Positions 25,937-36,473 are shown, counted from the stretch's first letter. The stretch: 64,000 bases of DNA from Patescibacteria group bacterium (GCA_042577965.1 JBHPDK010000003.1:9266-73265); one strand, 5' to 3'. The notes: a model not told the origin generated them from the letters alone. Numbers and translations are program-made.

Positions 25937-26563
25937 TTATACTGCTTTTAGAACTACAAAATCAGTGCGGTCTTCAGGCAACGCACTTTTATCGGCAACT
26001 TCATAAGAATCCTGAACTTCGTGTTCAGTAACTCCCATTTCTTTTAATAGAGGTTCAAGTTCAGCATCGTCTTTATAATACATTGGAATTACAACCCGCG
26101 GATCAATTTCTTCAACTGCCTGATGTAATTGTTTTACTGTATATGCTTTTTTTCTTGCAGCTGGAACCATCAAAATATCAACATTTCCAATCTTTCCTAA
26201 GATTTCTTCATCAAGTTCCTGTCCAAGTTCGCCTAAATGACAAATCCTCACATCATCAACAAGTAAACTAAATATTACAATTCTTCCTTTATCAGTATCG
26301 CCTTCTTCTTTATCTTTTGTGTAAGCTGGGATTGCTACAATTGCAGCTCCTTTAACTTCGTATTCTCCAGGCCAGTTTATAACATCTAAATCCTCTGCTC
26401 CTTTTAATAATTTAGCTTTTTCGTGGTAGTCGTCAGTTAATAAAACTGTGTCAGCTTTTAATTCTTTTAATTTATGCTTACCGTCTTCTATAGGATCAAC
26501 AACAACAGTTGTTTTCTTGCCTTTAATAGTGAATGTGCTTTCGCCATGCCAGGTAATTTCCAT
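25937..26563 (-). CDS. MBL-fold metal-dependent hydrolase (UPF0173/COG2220-like)
   Basis: MEITWHGESTFTIKGKKTTVVVDP N-terminus typical of the family; 208 aa. Confidence 0.65.
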   Translation of the reverse strand: MEITWHGESTFTIKGKKTTVVVDPIEDGKHKLKELKADTVLLTDDYHEKAKLLKGAEDLDVINWPGEYEVKGAAIVAIPAYTKDKEEGDTDKGRIVIFSLLVDDVRICHLGELGQELDEEILGKIGNVDILMVPAARKKAYTVKQLHQAVEEIDPRVVIPMYYKDDAELEPLLKEMGVTEHEVQDSYEVADKSALPEDRTDFVVLKAV

Positions 26564-26648
26564 AATGTGTCAGTTAAAATGCACGCAAATTGTACTCGAA
26601 AATTTACTAAAACGCAAAAGCCTTTAAGTTTCCTTGAAGTTTAGCTGA

Positions 26649-27974
<1,326 letters not shown>

Positions 27975-28850
27975 ATGGGCCCAGGATCAATCACAACTTT
28001 ACGTAAACAACATATAAAAAAGGCTTTCCCTGCACGTGGCACTGATTCTCATAAAGGCCAAAACGGAAAAGTTTTAATAGTTGGTGGAAGCATTGAATAT
28101 TATGGCGCGCCTTTGCTTAGTGCTCTTGGCGCTTTATATAGCGGTGCTGACTTGGTTTATGTTTATGTGCCGGAATCGAATTTTGATGTTACCCGCAGTT
28201 TGTATCCTGATTTTATTGTGCGGAAATTTCCTGGCCAGTATTTAACTCATCAGGGGGTTGCTGAAATTCTGGAAATGTCTAAAAAATGCGACAGTGTTTT
28301 AATAGGGCCAGGCATGTACGATCGCGAAGTAACTGTTCGCGCTATTTTAGAATTAATCGAAGCACTTGAAGTGCCAACTGTATTGGATTCAACTGCAATT
28401 GAAGTTTTGAAACTGGTAAAAGAAGTGCCATTGAGCCAACCAATTGTGGTGTGCCCTCATAAAAACGAATTCGAAAATTTAACAATGCGTGACATTAAAG
28501 ATAAAAAGGATATTGAAGATTTAATAAAATTTGTTCGTACAATTGCAACTGAAATGCAGATAAATATTTTACTTAAAAGCCCAACTGATGTAGTGGCTTC
28601 GCCAAAAGGAGATGTGGCTTTAAATAAAACCGGTAATGCAGGTTTAACTGTAGGTGGAAGTGGCGATGTTTTAGCAGGTTTGATTGCGTCTTTGATTGCA
28701 CAGGGCGCTGCGCCTTATGAAGCATGTAAGCTTGCAGCTTACTTACTTGGCTTTACAGGTGATTATTTATATAAACAAAAAGATTACTGCTTTAGCGCGA
28801 CTGATTTAGCTTTGGAATTACCTTTTACTATTAGGCAGATAATGCAATAA
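27975..28850 (+). CDS. nnrD: ADP-dependent NAD(P)H-hydrate dehydratase (YjeF C-terminal family)
   Basis: HKGQNGKVLIVGGS...YYGAPLLSALGALYSGADLV and GGSGDVLAG motifs. Confidence 0.85.
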   Translation: MGPGSITTLRKQHIKKAFPARGTDSHKGQNGKVLIVGGSIEYYGAPLLSALGALYSGADLVYVYVPESNFDVTRSLYPDFIVRKFPGQYLTHQGVAEILEMSKKCDSVLIGPGMYDREVTVRAILELIEALEVPTVLDSTAIEVLKLVKEVPLSQPIVVCPHKNEFENLTMRDIKDKKDIEDLIKFVRTIATEMQINILLKSPTDVVASPKGDVALNKTGNAGLTVGGSGDVLAGLIASLIAQGAAPYEACKLAAYLLGFTGDYLYKQKDYCFSATDLALELPFTIRQIMQ

Positions 28851-28987
28851 AAAAGGCCCTGGTTTTTCGTCCAGGGCTCAGAGGGGCTATTGCCCCCATT
28901 CATTCGTCCACCTCATTGTGGGCCTCCGAGTCAAAATGGTTAAAACCAGTTTTGCTTGGTATGGCACCTCCTATGTTGAGTTGACAG
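28846..28987 (-). ncRNA. Mini transcription unit A (candidate sRNA or micro-ORF RNA, ~140 nt)
   Basis: Minus-strand TTGACA (29017-29022)-N17-AATAAT (28994-28999). Contains AGGAGGTGCC. Intrinsic terminator: GCCCTGG/CCAGGGC stem at 28856-28877 followed by U6. Confidence 0.5.
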
Positions 28988-29036
28988 AATGTTATTATTT
29001 CATATTTTGTTAATTTTGTCAAGTATAATATTTCAT

Positions 29037-29223
29037 AAAAAAAGGACCCCACATGATTTAGGTGGGGTCCAAGCCATCGACCGCTTCTTAAACCTGGTCA
29101 TGGTTTACCTCCTCGGGAGGAGTTTGAGGTTGAGGTTTCTAATCAGTTCAGTCGGCACCTCCTGTGCGATGTGGCACGAAAGCCATCACTGTTGCGTCGA
29201 ACCGCGACAGGATGACAAAAACA
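29037..29223 (-). ncRNA. Mini transcription unit B (candidate sRNA or micro-ORF RNA, ~185 nt)
   Basis: Minus-strand TTGACA (29252-29257)-N16-TATAAT (29230-29235). Contains AGGAGGTGCC. Intrinsic terminator: 9-bp GGACCCCAC/GTGGGGTCC stem at 29044-29070 followed by U7. Confidence 0.55.
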
Positions 29224-29250
29224 TAATTCATTATACTTAATTTTAGGATT

Positions 29251-29279
29251 TTGTCAAGTATATTTTTATGTTATATTAT
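29251..29279 (+). promoter_or_regulatory. Promoter TTGTCA-N17-TATTAT for pgeF; its -35 overlaps the minus-strand -35 of unit B
   Basis: TTGTCA 29251-29256; TATTAT 29274-29279. The ATG at 29285 is only 5 nt after the -10, which implies a leaderless or near-leaderless mRNA. Confidence 0.5.
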
Positions 29280-29284
29280 GAAGC

Positions 29285-29998
29285 ATGAAAACTGAAATTA
29301 TTAAACAAATTTTTACTCGGGAAGGAGGCGCAAGCCATCCCCCTTATGACTCTTTAAATGTACGTTTTGGCATTGGTGATAACGAAGATGATGTTCTTGA
29401 AAATCGGCGTCGGATTTGTGAAGAGCTTAGGATTGAAATGGGACAACTTGTTAGTTTGAATCAAGTCCATAGTGATCGACTTTTGTATGTTGATGAATTG
29501 GTTCAGGGTGAAATTGATGGATATGACGCTATGATCACTGATGTTAATGAGATTTTCCTTATGATTCAGGTTGCGGATTGTCAGGCAGTTATGATTTGGG
29601 ACCCTAAAGCTGAGGTTGTTGCAAATGTTCATAATGGATGGAAAGGTTCAGTACAAAATATTGTTGGAAAAACTGTACATAAAATGATTGAGGATTTTGG
29701 ATGTGAGCCAAAAAATATCAAAGTTGAGGTTTCGCCTTCACTTGGGCCGTGTCATGCTGAGTTTAGTGATCCATATAATGAACTGCCTAAAGAACTACAT
29801 GAGTTTATTGATGAAAATAATCATGTGGATTTTTGGAAAACCACAGAAAAACAATGTATGGATGAAGGAATTAAGCGAAAAAATATAAAAATCGCGCAAA
29901 TTTGTACTGTTTGCAATAAAAATAAATATTTTTCGCATAGAGCTGATATAAATAAACAAGGCACAGGAAGATTTGCATCTGTAATCGGAATGAGATAG
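29285..29998 (+). CDS. pgeF: Peptidoglycan editing factor / purine nucleoside phosphorylase YfiH (DUF152, LACC1 family)
   Basis: NQVHSD, ADCQAV, HNGWKGS, GPCHAEF. Confidence 0.8.
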   Translation: MKTEIIKQIFTREGGASHPPYDSLNVRFGIGDNEDDVLENRRRICEELRIEMGQLVSLNQVHSDRLLYVDELVQGEIDGYDAMITDVNEIFLMIQVADCQAVMIWDPKAEVVANVHNGWKGSVQNIVGKTVHKMIEDFGCEPKNIKVEVSPSLGPCHAEFSDPYNELPKELHEFIDENNHVDFWKTTEKQCMDEGIKRKNIKIAQICTVCNKNKYFSHRADINKQGTGRFASVIGMR

Positions 29999-30089
29999 AC
30001 TTTGGCTCGTACTTTTTTGGGTTTAATAAATATAAACGTCAAAAAGACAACTACGTGGCTTTTGCTCTTTTACATGCTCGGGGGAACTC

Positions 30090-30380
30090 ATGGACATCTA
30101 TAATTGGTTCGGAATAATCGGTACAGTATTTATTATTATTGGTGTAATTATGCTGCCATGGTTCAAGGATACAGGTTTTGCTGGCCTGGTTATTATTGGT
30201 GGACTATTTATGCAATTCCTGCACGTATTAATAAAATACGACAAGTACAGTTATTCAAATATTATCTCTGGTAGTATCTTCTTCTTTTTTTTAGCGCTCT
30301 ATGTTTTTATTAAAACTGCAAAAGTGCCTGAAGATGAAAAAACCACTGACAACCCGAGTGAAAGCCACGATGATCAATAG
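30090..30380 (+). CDS. Hypothetical small membrane protein
   Basis: 96 aa with 3 hydrophobic spans and an acidic tail. Confidence 0.4.
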   Translation: MDIYNWFGIIGTVFIIIGVIMLPWFKDTGFAGLVIIGGLFMQFLHVLIKYDKYSYSNIISGSIFFFFLALYVFIKTAKVPEDEKTTDNPSESHDDQ

Positions 30381-30381
30381 T

Positions 30382-30411
30382 CCTCGCGGAGCGCATTTGC
30401 GCTCCGCGAGG
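30382..30411 (+). terminator. Perfect 13-bp-stem hairpin CCTCGCGGAGCGC-ATTT-GCGCTCCGCGAGG (terminator-like or REP-like)
   Basis: Direct reading. Starts 1 nt after the upstream stop. No strong U-tract follows (caatcttct). Confidence 0.35.
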
Positions 30412-30432
30412 CAATCTTCTAAAATACAAACC

Positions 30433-31614
30433 ATGAACATAGTACTTATAGCAGCAGCAGGTGATAGTAAAAGAATGGATGCTAAAATCCCAAAACTTTT
30501 AATGCCTATCCACAAAAAACCGCTTTTATATTATACAATTGCGAATTTTTACGATCATCCAAAAATTGATCAAATTGTGCTTGTGATAAACCGAAAACTA
30601 AAGAAGCCTGTTGAAAAATTGGTTAAAACGTACTTTTCTGGTCATTCAAAAAAAATAAAATTTGTTCCTGGTGGTTTAACACGCAGCGAAAGTGTTCTTA
30701 ATGGCATTCAATATATTTCAAGATATCTGAATCCTAAATCTAAAGATCTTATTTTGGTACATAATGGAGCAAATCCTATAGTTACTCATAAAGAAATCGA
30801 AACAGGTATTAAAAAGGCTCAGGCTAAAGGTGTCTGCATTTTGACTCATCCTGTAAAAGAAACATTAAAAGAGGCTGGAAAGCAAAAAATTCACAAAAGT
30901 CATGATCGAAATAAATTTAAGCTTGCTCAGACTCCTCAAATTTTTACTTATAAAATTCTTAAAGATTCTCTTAAAAAGGTTGGTACAAAATATATTGATA
31001 TGACAGATGAAGCGAATCTTGTTGAGGCTGCTGGTTATCATGTTTATCATGTTCCGGCCAGTGATCATAATATTAAAATAACAACTCAAAAAGATTACGA
31101 GTTTGTGCGGCATGCTCTTGGTGATTTTCCGCAGGATTATTTGGTTGGAATTGGCCAGGACAGCCATGAATTCGCTAATAATGGCAATTTGATGCTTGGG
31201 GGCCTGGAATTCAAAACTGAAAATAAATTAAAAGCAAATTCTGATGGCGATGTGCTGCTGCATGCTTTATGCACAGCTTTATTACAGGCAATCGGTGAAA
31301 AATCCTTAGGTGCATTTGCTGATAAATGGTGCAAAGTCCAAAAAATTAAAGATAGTAGAAAATATTTATATAAAATTCTTAAAAAAGTCTCGAAGCATGG
31401 ATTTGAAATAAATAATATAGGATGCATGCTTGAAGGAAAACGTCCGAATATCGACTTAATATCTCCACAATTAAAAGCAAATCTGGCTCATTTATGCAAA
31501 ATACCGGAAAGACGAATAGGAATCACTGCCACTTCTGGTGAAAATTTAACTTCGTTTGGAAAAGGAAAAGGATTACAATGTTACTGCATAGTTTCACTGA
31601 AAAAACATGATTAA
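30433..31614 (+). CDS. ispDF: Bifunctional MEP cytidylyltransferase / MEcPP synthase IspDF
   Basis: IspD: VLIAAAGDSKRM. IspF: GIGQDSHEF, SDGDVLLHAL. Start trimmed to ATG 30433, downstream of the hairpin. Confidence 0.9.
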   Translation: MNIVLIAAAGDSKRMDAKIPKLLMPIHKKPLLYYTIANFYDHPKIDQIVLVINRKLKKPVEKLVKTYFSGHSKKIKFVPGGLTRSESVLNGIQYISRYLNPKSKDLILVHNGANPIVTHKEIETGIKKAQAKGVCILTHPVKETLKEAGKQKIHKSHDRNKFKLAQTPQIFTYKILKDSLKKVGTKYIDMTDEANLVEAAGYHVYHVPASDHNIKITTQKDYEFVRHALGDFPQDYLVGIGQDSHEFANNGNLMLGGLEFKTENKLKANSDGDVLLHALCTALLQAIGEKSLGAFADKWCKVQKIKDSRKYLYKILKKVSKHGFEINNIGCMLEGKRPNIDLISPQLKANLAHLCKIPERRIGITATSGENLTSFGKGKGLQCYCIVSLKKHD

Positions 31615-32464
31615 ATATGCGTTCGCAAAAGTAAATATAGCGCTTGATATTCTGGGTAAAGATAAAACCGGATATCATCAGATTCAGACAATTTTTGAGC
31701 AGCTCCCTTTAATGGATGAAATAATTTTTTCTGTTGATAAAGGTGAGGGTAAATTTAATGTGAGGTTTAGAGGAGAAGAGGCAAAGCTTATTGATCCGGC
31801 AAATAACACTGTTATTGATGCAATAAAGGCTCTTAACGAGTTTTGGACTTTTAAAAATGATTATGACATTATTGTTGATAAAAATATTCCGCTTGGAGCA
31901 GGCCTTGGAGGAGGAAGTAGTGATGCGGCTGAGATAATTAAGGCTTTGAATGAACGCGAAATTATGAAGCTCTCACCAAATGAAATGCGTGATATTGGCA
32001 AGAAAATTGGTATGGATGTACCGTTTTTTATTGAAGGTGAAACAGCTTTTGGTACAAATTATGGGGAAGAAATTAAAATTTTAACTAAGCTTTCGCTTTT
32101 TCCTGAGTGGAATAAAAAATATAAAATTTTAGTTATTCCTCAGCTTCGGAATTCAACTGAGAAAATGTATGCGAAGGTTGATTTAGCAAAATGTGGGGCT
32201 AACAAGGCGCAAACTGAAAATATTTTAAAAAATATGGAAGCTGACAATCCCGGATCGATATTAGAAGACATGCATAATGATTTTGAAAATTTTGCAAACA
32301 GCGGATTTGCGGAAATTAAAGCAAAGTTAACTCAAAATGGCGCAAAGCATGTAATTTTATGTGGAAGTGGCAGTGCTTTGCTTGCCTTATCTAGTAGTCA
32401 GTTCGATTTAAAAGCGCTTTCCCAAGTGTTACCGCATCAGCGTATTCTAAGTCTGAGCCGATAG
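31607..32464 (+). CDS. ispE: 4-diphosphocytidyl-2-C-methyl-D-erythritol kinase
   Basis: AKVNIALDILGK, GHMP kinase PLGAGLGGGSSDAA, CGSGSA. Overlaps ispDF by 8 nt. Confidence 0.85.
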   Translation: MIKYAFAKVNIALDILGKDKTGYHQIQTIFEQLPLMDEIIFSVDKGEGKFNVRFRGEEAKLIDPANNTVIDAIKALNEFWTFKNDYDIIVDKNIPLGAGLGGGSSDAAEIIKALNEREIMKLSPNEMRDIGKKIGMDVPFFIEGETAFGTNYGEEIKILTKLSLFPEWNKKYKILVIPQLRNSTEKMYAKVDLAKCGANKAQTENILKNMEADNPGSILEDMHNDFENFANSGFAEIKAKLTQNGAKHVILCGSGSALLALSSSQFDLKALSQVLPHQRILSLSR

Positions 32465-32987
32465 GAAGGCCGCGTGCGATTCTGGTAATTTTAATATCGC
32501 GGTCAGCAAAGTGTTTTTGAATGTAAAGTGCTGTTGCTTCGCCTTCTAAGCTTGGATTTGTTGCAAGAATAAGTTCTTTTATTTCTGGATTTTGATCAAC
32601 CCGGGTAAAAAGGTCAGCAATTTTCAATTGATCAGCAGTGATTCCGTCAATAGGAGAAAGAACACCATGAAGAACATGGTACAGACCTTTATATTTACCT
32701 GTTTTTTCAATTGCAATTACGTCCAAAACTTCTTCAACCACACAAATTTTCGAATTTTCACGCGAAGGATCTGTGCAAATTGAACAAGGCGACTCCTCGG
32801 TTACATGCCAGCAACTCTCACAAAAAGCGAGCCCTTCTTTTAAATTCAATAATGCTTCTCCAAGAGGTTGAATCCTCTGATGAGGGCTGCGTAAAAGAAA
32901 AACCGAGAGCCTTTGAGCTGTTTTAGGGCCTATTCCAGGCAGCCTTGCAAGTTCATCAATGAGTTTTTGAAGTGAAGGAGGTAGCAT
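32391..32987 (-). CDS. recR: Recombination protein RecR
   Basis: LPGIGPKTAQRL HhH, C4 zinc finger (CESCWHV...CSIC), Toprim segment, C-terminal GSDLEYADAVTL. Confidence 0.9.
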   Translation of the reverse strand: MLPPSLQKLIDELARLPGIGPKTAQRLSVFLLRSPHQRIQPLGEALLNLKEGLAFCESCWHVTEESPCSICTDPSRENSKICVVEEVLDVIAIEKTGKYKGLYHVLHGVLSPIDGITADQLKIADLFTRVDQNPEIKELILATNPSLEGEATALYIQKHFADRDIKITRIARGLPIGSDLEYADAVTLGKALLNRTDY

Positions 32988-32990
32988 AAA

Positions 32991-33545
32991 TTAACGTTCT
33001 AAATGTTTAAGAAATTCTGCGCGGGTTTTATCATTAGACTTAAAAATGCCTTTTACAGAAGATGTCGTAACTGTAGTATTTTGCTTTTCAACTCCGCGGG
33101 CCATCATACACATATGTTTAGCTTCTAAAATAACACCAACACCTTTTGGACTAAGTGCGTCATTTAAAGCATTTGCTATTTGCGAAGTTAAACGTTCCTG
33201 ATTTTGTAAACGACGTGAATAAATTTCAACAATTCGCGGAATTTTCGAAAGCCCGATTATTTTTCCATTTGGAATGTATCCCACATGAGCTTTGCCAAAA
33301 AACGGAATCAAATGATGCTCGCAAGTTGAATAAAACTCGATATCCTTAACCACAATCATCTCGTCATATTTTTCATCATCAAAAATAGTCAGAACATCCT
33401 CAGGCTTTTGATTGTAGCCTGAATATAGCTTATCCCAGGCCTTTGCAAATCTATCAGGAGTATCCTCAAGACCTTCGCGATTAGGATCATCGCCAATATG
33501 TTTAATAAATTGCTTTGTGAATTCTTTGATTTTGTCCTGATCCAT
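32991..33545 (-). CDS. folE: GTP cyclohydrolase I
   Basis: [22 protein letters not shown] and QERLTSQIA motifs. Confidence 0.9.
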   Translation of the reverse strand: MDQDKIKEFTKQFIKHIGDDPNREGLEDTPDRFAKAWDKLYSGYNQKPEDVLTIFDDEKYDEMIVVKDIEFYSTCEHHLIPFFGKAHVGYIPNGKIIGLSKIPRIVEIYSRRLQNQERLTSQIANALNDALSPKGVGVILEAKHMCMMARGVEKQNTTVTTSSVKGIFKSNDKTRAEFLKHLER

Positions 33546-33586
33546 AGTAAAGTTATTTTAGGCAAAGAACATATTAGCATTTTGGT

Positions 33587-34114
33587 ATGAAAATATACAC
33601 CAAAACCGGAGATAAAGGCAAAACTTCTTTATGCGATGGGGAGAAAGTTAGCAAATCATCGCTTCGCGTGTGTGCTTATGGAGATTTGGATGAGCTCAGC
33701 AGTGCGATTGGGTTTGCGATTGCGATTAATAGAGCGCGGGGTGTGAAAAAAGTTTTAGAGAAGGTTCAGCGGGATTTATTTTTAATGGCTTCTCATGTGG
33801 CAACATGTAATAAAGATGCGCACGATGTTTTGCCAAAATTTGATTTAACGAAAGTGCGCGAATTAGAGGCTGTGATCGATGATTTTAGCGAGGGGCTGCC
33901 AAAATTGCATAAATTTCTCCTCCCAGGAGGAACAAAAGCAGCTTGCGCTATCCACATGGCAAGAACTGTTTGCCGCCGCGCAGAAAGAACATGCGTACAA
34001 TTAAGCGAACATCAATATTTATACGAACCTGTACTGCCATATTTAAACAGACTTTCAGATATATTATTTGTGCTGGGAAGGGTGGCGAATAAGGGGAAAG
34101 ATAAATTTGCTTAA
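33587..34114 (+). CDS. PduO-type ATP:cob(I)alamin adenosyltransferase
   Basis: MKIYTKTGDKGKTSL...R..AYGDLDEL N-terminus, LPGG, RRAER. Confidence 0.8.
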   Translation: MKIYTKTGDKGKTSLCDGEKVSKSSLRVCAYGDLDELSSAIGFAIAINRARGVKKVLEKVQRDLFLMASHVATCNKDAHDVLPKFDLTKVRELEAVIDDFSEGLPKLHKFLLPGGTKAACAIHMARTVCRRAERTCVQLSEHQYLYEPVLPYLNRLSDILFVLGRVANKGKDKFA

Positions 34115-34635
34115 AACTTCTCAACTTGGTAAGTAAACACCTCTATTTCTTCATTTTTCCACGTATCCGGGCCTAAACCTGCTTTCATACAGAGGCTAGA
34201 CAAAAATTGTTCTTTGTCAGGGATATCTTCCCATACCTGAGGCAAATAAGTTGCTTTGTAGACACCCTGTTGAATGACAACACCATCCATTCCAGGGCGG
34301 ATTTTATCCACAGTGGATTTTTCAGGCAAAGTTAGCACTGATATTTCAATATCTATATCTTCAAATTCATCAACTGTGAGTGATGGAAAGCGGGGATCTC
34401 CAAATGCAGCCTCATGTGCATTGCGCTGAACCGCCTCCCACAAAGGGTAAACAGGTTCAATATTCCCAATGCAACCGCGTAAATTGCCTTCAATCTCCAA
34501 AGTGACAAAAACACCTCGCTTCTCTTTAAATTCCGATTCATGAAATCTCCAGTCTTTTAATTCTTCAATGTCGAGTTCTGCTGCAATTGTATTATGAGCA
34601 AGCTCCTTTAATTTAAATTTTTGTGATTTTTCCAT
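34111..34635 (-). CDS. amrA: AmmeMemoRadiSam system protein A (AMMECR1 domain)
   Basis: LRGCIGNIEP core and overall AMMECR1 pattern. Confidence 0.85.
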   Translation of the reverse strand: MEKSQKFKLKELAHNTIAAELDIEELKDWRFHESEFKEKRGVFVTLEIEGNLRGCIGNIEPVYPLWEAVQRNAHEAAFGDPRFPSLTVDEFEDIDIEISVLTLPEKSTVDKIRPGMDGVVIQQGVYKATYLPQVWEDIPDKEQFLSSLCMKAGLGPDTWKNEEIEVFTYQVEKF

Positions 34636-34638
34636 ATT

Positions 34639-35421
34639 TTATTTGGTAAAAGCATAACATCCATAGCCAACAACCCGGCTTTTGTCGCCAGCTGTGTCAC
34701 CTGAATTTTTATAATCAATCATTTTTCCTTTTAATCCTAATTTATTTACTAAATGAAGCAAAGTAAGAATACCTTTTATACCACATGCTTCAACATTTTG
34801 TGCATGCTCAATATCAGCAGACGGGAAGTATTTATTTGCCTGTTCATCCAGTTTAATAGCTTCATCGTAAGTATAAAAATGGCTTAAATCAGAGCTAACA
34901 ACAATAATCACATCATCCTGCTTTGAGAAATCTTCCAGCTCATTTGCCAAAGCCCGTGTATTAATCTCACCCAAACATAAAGGATATAAAGTGAAATCCT
35001 TTATAACTTTTTGCAAAAAAGGCACCTGAACTTCAAGAGAATGCTCCTCAACAAACGGATCCTCATATTCAACTATCAAATCGCTTACAGGCAATTTTTT
35101 TACTTGAACATTTCCGAGTGGGGTTTCCCAAATATTAGATTCCGGCACTGCTGCTCCTTTAAAAGGAACAAAATGTGAAGGTCCGAGTAATAAAACTTTC
35201 CATTTTTTTGATTGATCAAGCTTTGTAAGGCAGTTATATCCTGCTGCTGCTACAATTCCTGAATAAACGTAACCTGCATGCGGCACAATTATTGCTTTTG
35301 GGAGCCTTTTACAAATACAAACCGCATTCAGTTTTAAATATTCCTCTATCATATTTGAAAGAGTCTCTTTATCTTCCGGATAAAAAGCCCCTGCTACAGC
35401 TGGTTTTCTTATTTTTTCCAT
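34639..35421 (-). CDS. amrB: AmmeMemoRadiSam system protein B (MEMO1 family)
   Basis: KPAVAGAFYP, PHAGYVYSG, SSDLSH. Confidence 0.85.
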   Translation of the reverse strand: MEKIRKPAVAGAFYPEDKETLSNMIEEYLKLNAVCICKRLPKAIIVPHAGYVYSGIVAAAGYNCLTKLDQSKKWKVLLLGPSHFVPFKGAAVPESNIWETPLGNVQVKKLPVSDLIVEYEDPFVEEHSLEVQVPFLQKVIKDFTLYPLCLGEINTRALANELEDFSKQDDVIIVVSSDLSHFYTYDEAIKLDEQANKYFPSADIEHAQNVEACGIKGILTLLHLVNKLGLKGKMIDYKNSGDTAGDKSRVVGYGCYAFTK

Positions 35422-36473
35422 ACTCCTGGGATTTTATGGCCACATTTTTTACATTTACCTTTTTCATCAACATCGCATTTTTCACTTACAAGGCCCCATC
35501 TGGTAATAATTTCTTCTTCGCATTTAGGGCAGTTTGTGTTTTCACCTTTCATACCTGGAATATTACCAGTATAAACATATTTTAAACCTGCTTTTTTACC
35601 AATTTTATATGCGCGCTCCAGAGTTTCAGGAGGAGTAGGCTCAATATCCTGCATTTTATAATGAGGATAAAAAGCTGTTACATGCCATGGGATTTCATCA
35701 GAAACACTGGCAACAAACTCAGCAATCTGTGCGAGCTCCTGCTCAGAATCATTTTTGCCTGGTATTACCAGTGTTGTAACCTCAAGCCAAATTCCCATTT
35801 CATAAACACTTTTAATATTATCTAAAACAGGCTGCAACTTTCCGCTACAAATTTTTGTATAAAATTCATCGGTGAATCCTTTTAAATCTATATTAATGGC
35901 ATCGAGATAAGGGTGGATTTTTTTGAGTGCCTCTTTTGACTCAAATCCATTAGAAACAAAAACATTTTTAATACCTTTTTTATGAGCCAGCTTTGCAGTG
36001 TCGTATGCATATTCAAAAAAGATAGCTGGTTCATTGTAAGTGTATGCAATTGAAGGAATATCATTTTCCACACAGTATTCAACAATTTTTTCAGGTGGCA
36101 GATCCTGGCCCATTTCAGTTATTTCTCCTAATTTTATATTCTGTTTTTTAGGATCTGTTTGCTCCTGTTTAATCAAATGTGGAACCTGTGAAATATCCCA
36201 ATTCTGGCAAAAAAGGCATCTAAAATTGCATCCAACTGTGCCAATACTAAAAACTTCGGTTCCTGGTAAAAAATGGAATAATGGTTTTTTTTCAATCGGG
36301 TCCAAATGCGCTGCAATTGCCTTGCCATAAACCAGCAAATATAAATCCCCGCCTTTATTTTGCCTTACACCACAAATACCAGTAAGACCTTCAGGAATAT
36401 TGCAGTACCAGTTGCATGCCTGACACTCCACTTTTTTATCTTCCTTTTTTTTATAAAGAATGCACTTATGCAT
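35409..36473 (-). CDS. amrS: AmmeMemoRadiSam system radical SAM enzyme
   Basis: CNFRCLFCQNW radical-SAM cluster, N-terminal and C-terminal Cys clusters. Overlaps amrB by 13 nt. Confidence 0.85.
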   Translation of the reverse strand: MHKCILYKKKEDKKVECQACNWYCNIPEGLTGICGVRQNKGGDLYLLVYGKAIAAHLDPIEKKPLFHFLPGTEVFSIGTVGCNFRCLFCQNWDISQVPHLIKQEQTDPKKQNIKLGEITEMGQDLPPEKIVEYCVENDIPSIAYTYNEPAIFFEYAYDTAKLAHKKGIKNVFVSNGFESKEALKKIHPYLDAINIDLKGFTDEFYTKICSGKLQPVLDNIKSVYEMGIWLEVTTLVIPGKNDSEQELAQIAEFVASVSDEIPWHVTAFYPHYKMQDIEPTPPETLERAYKIGKKAGLKYVYTGNIPGMKGENTNCPKCEEEIITRWGLVSEKCDVDEKGKCKKCGHKIPGVWKK

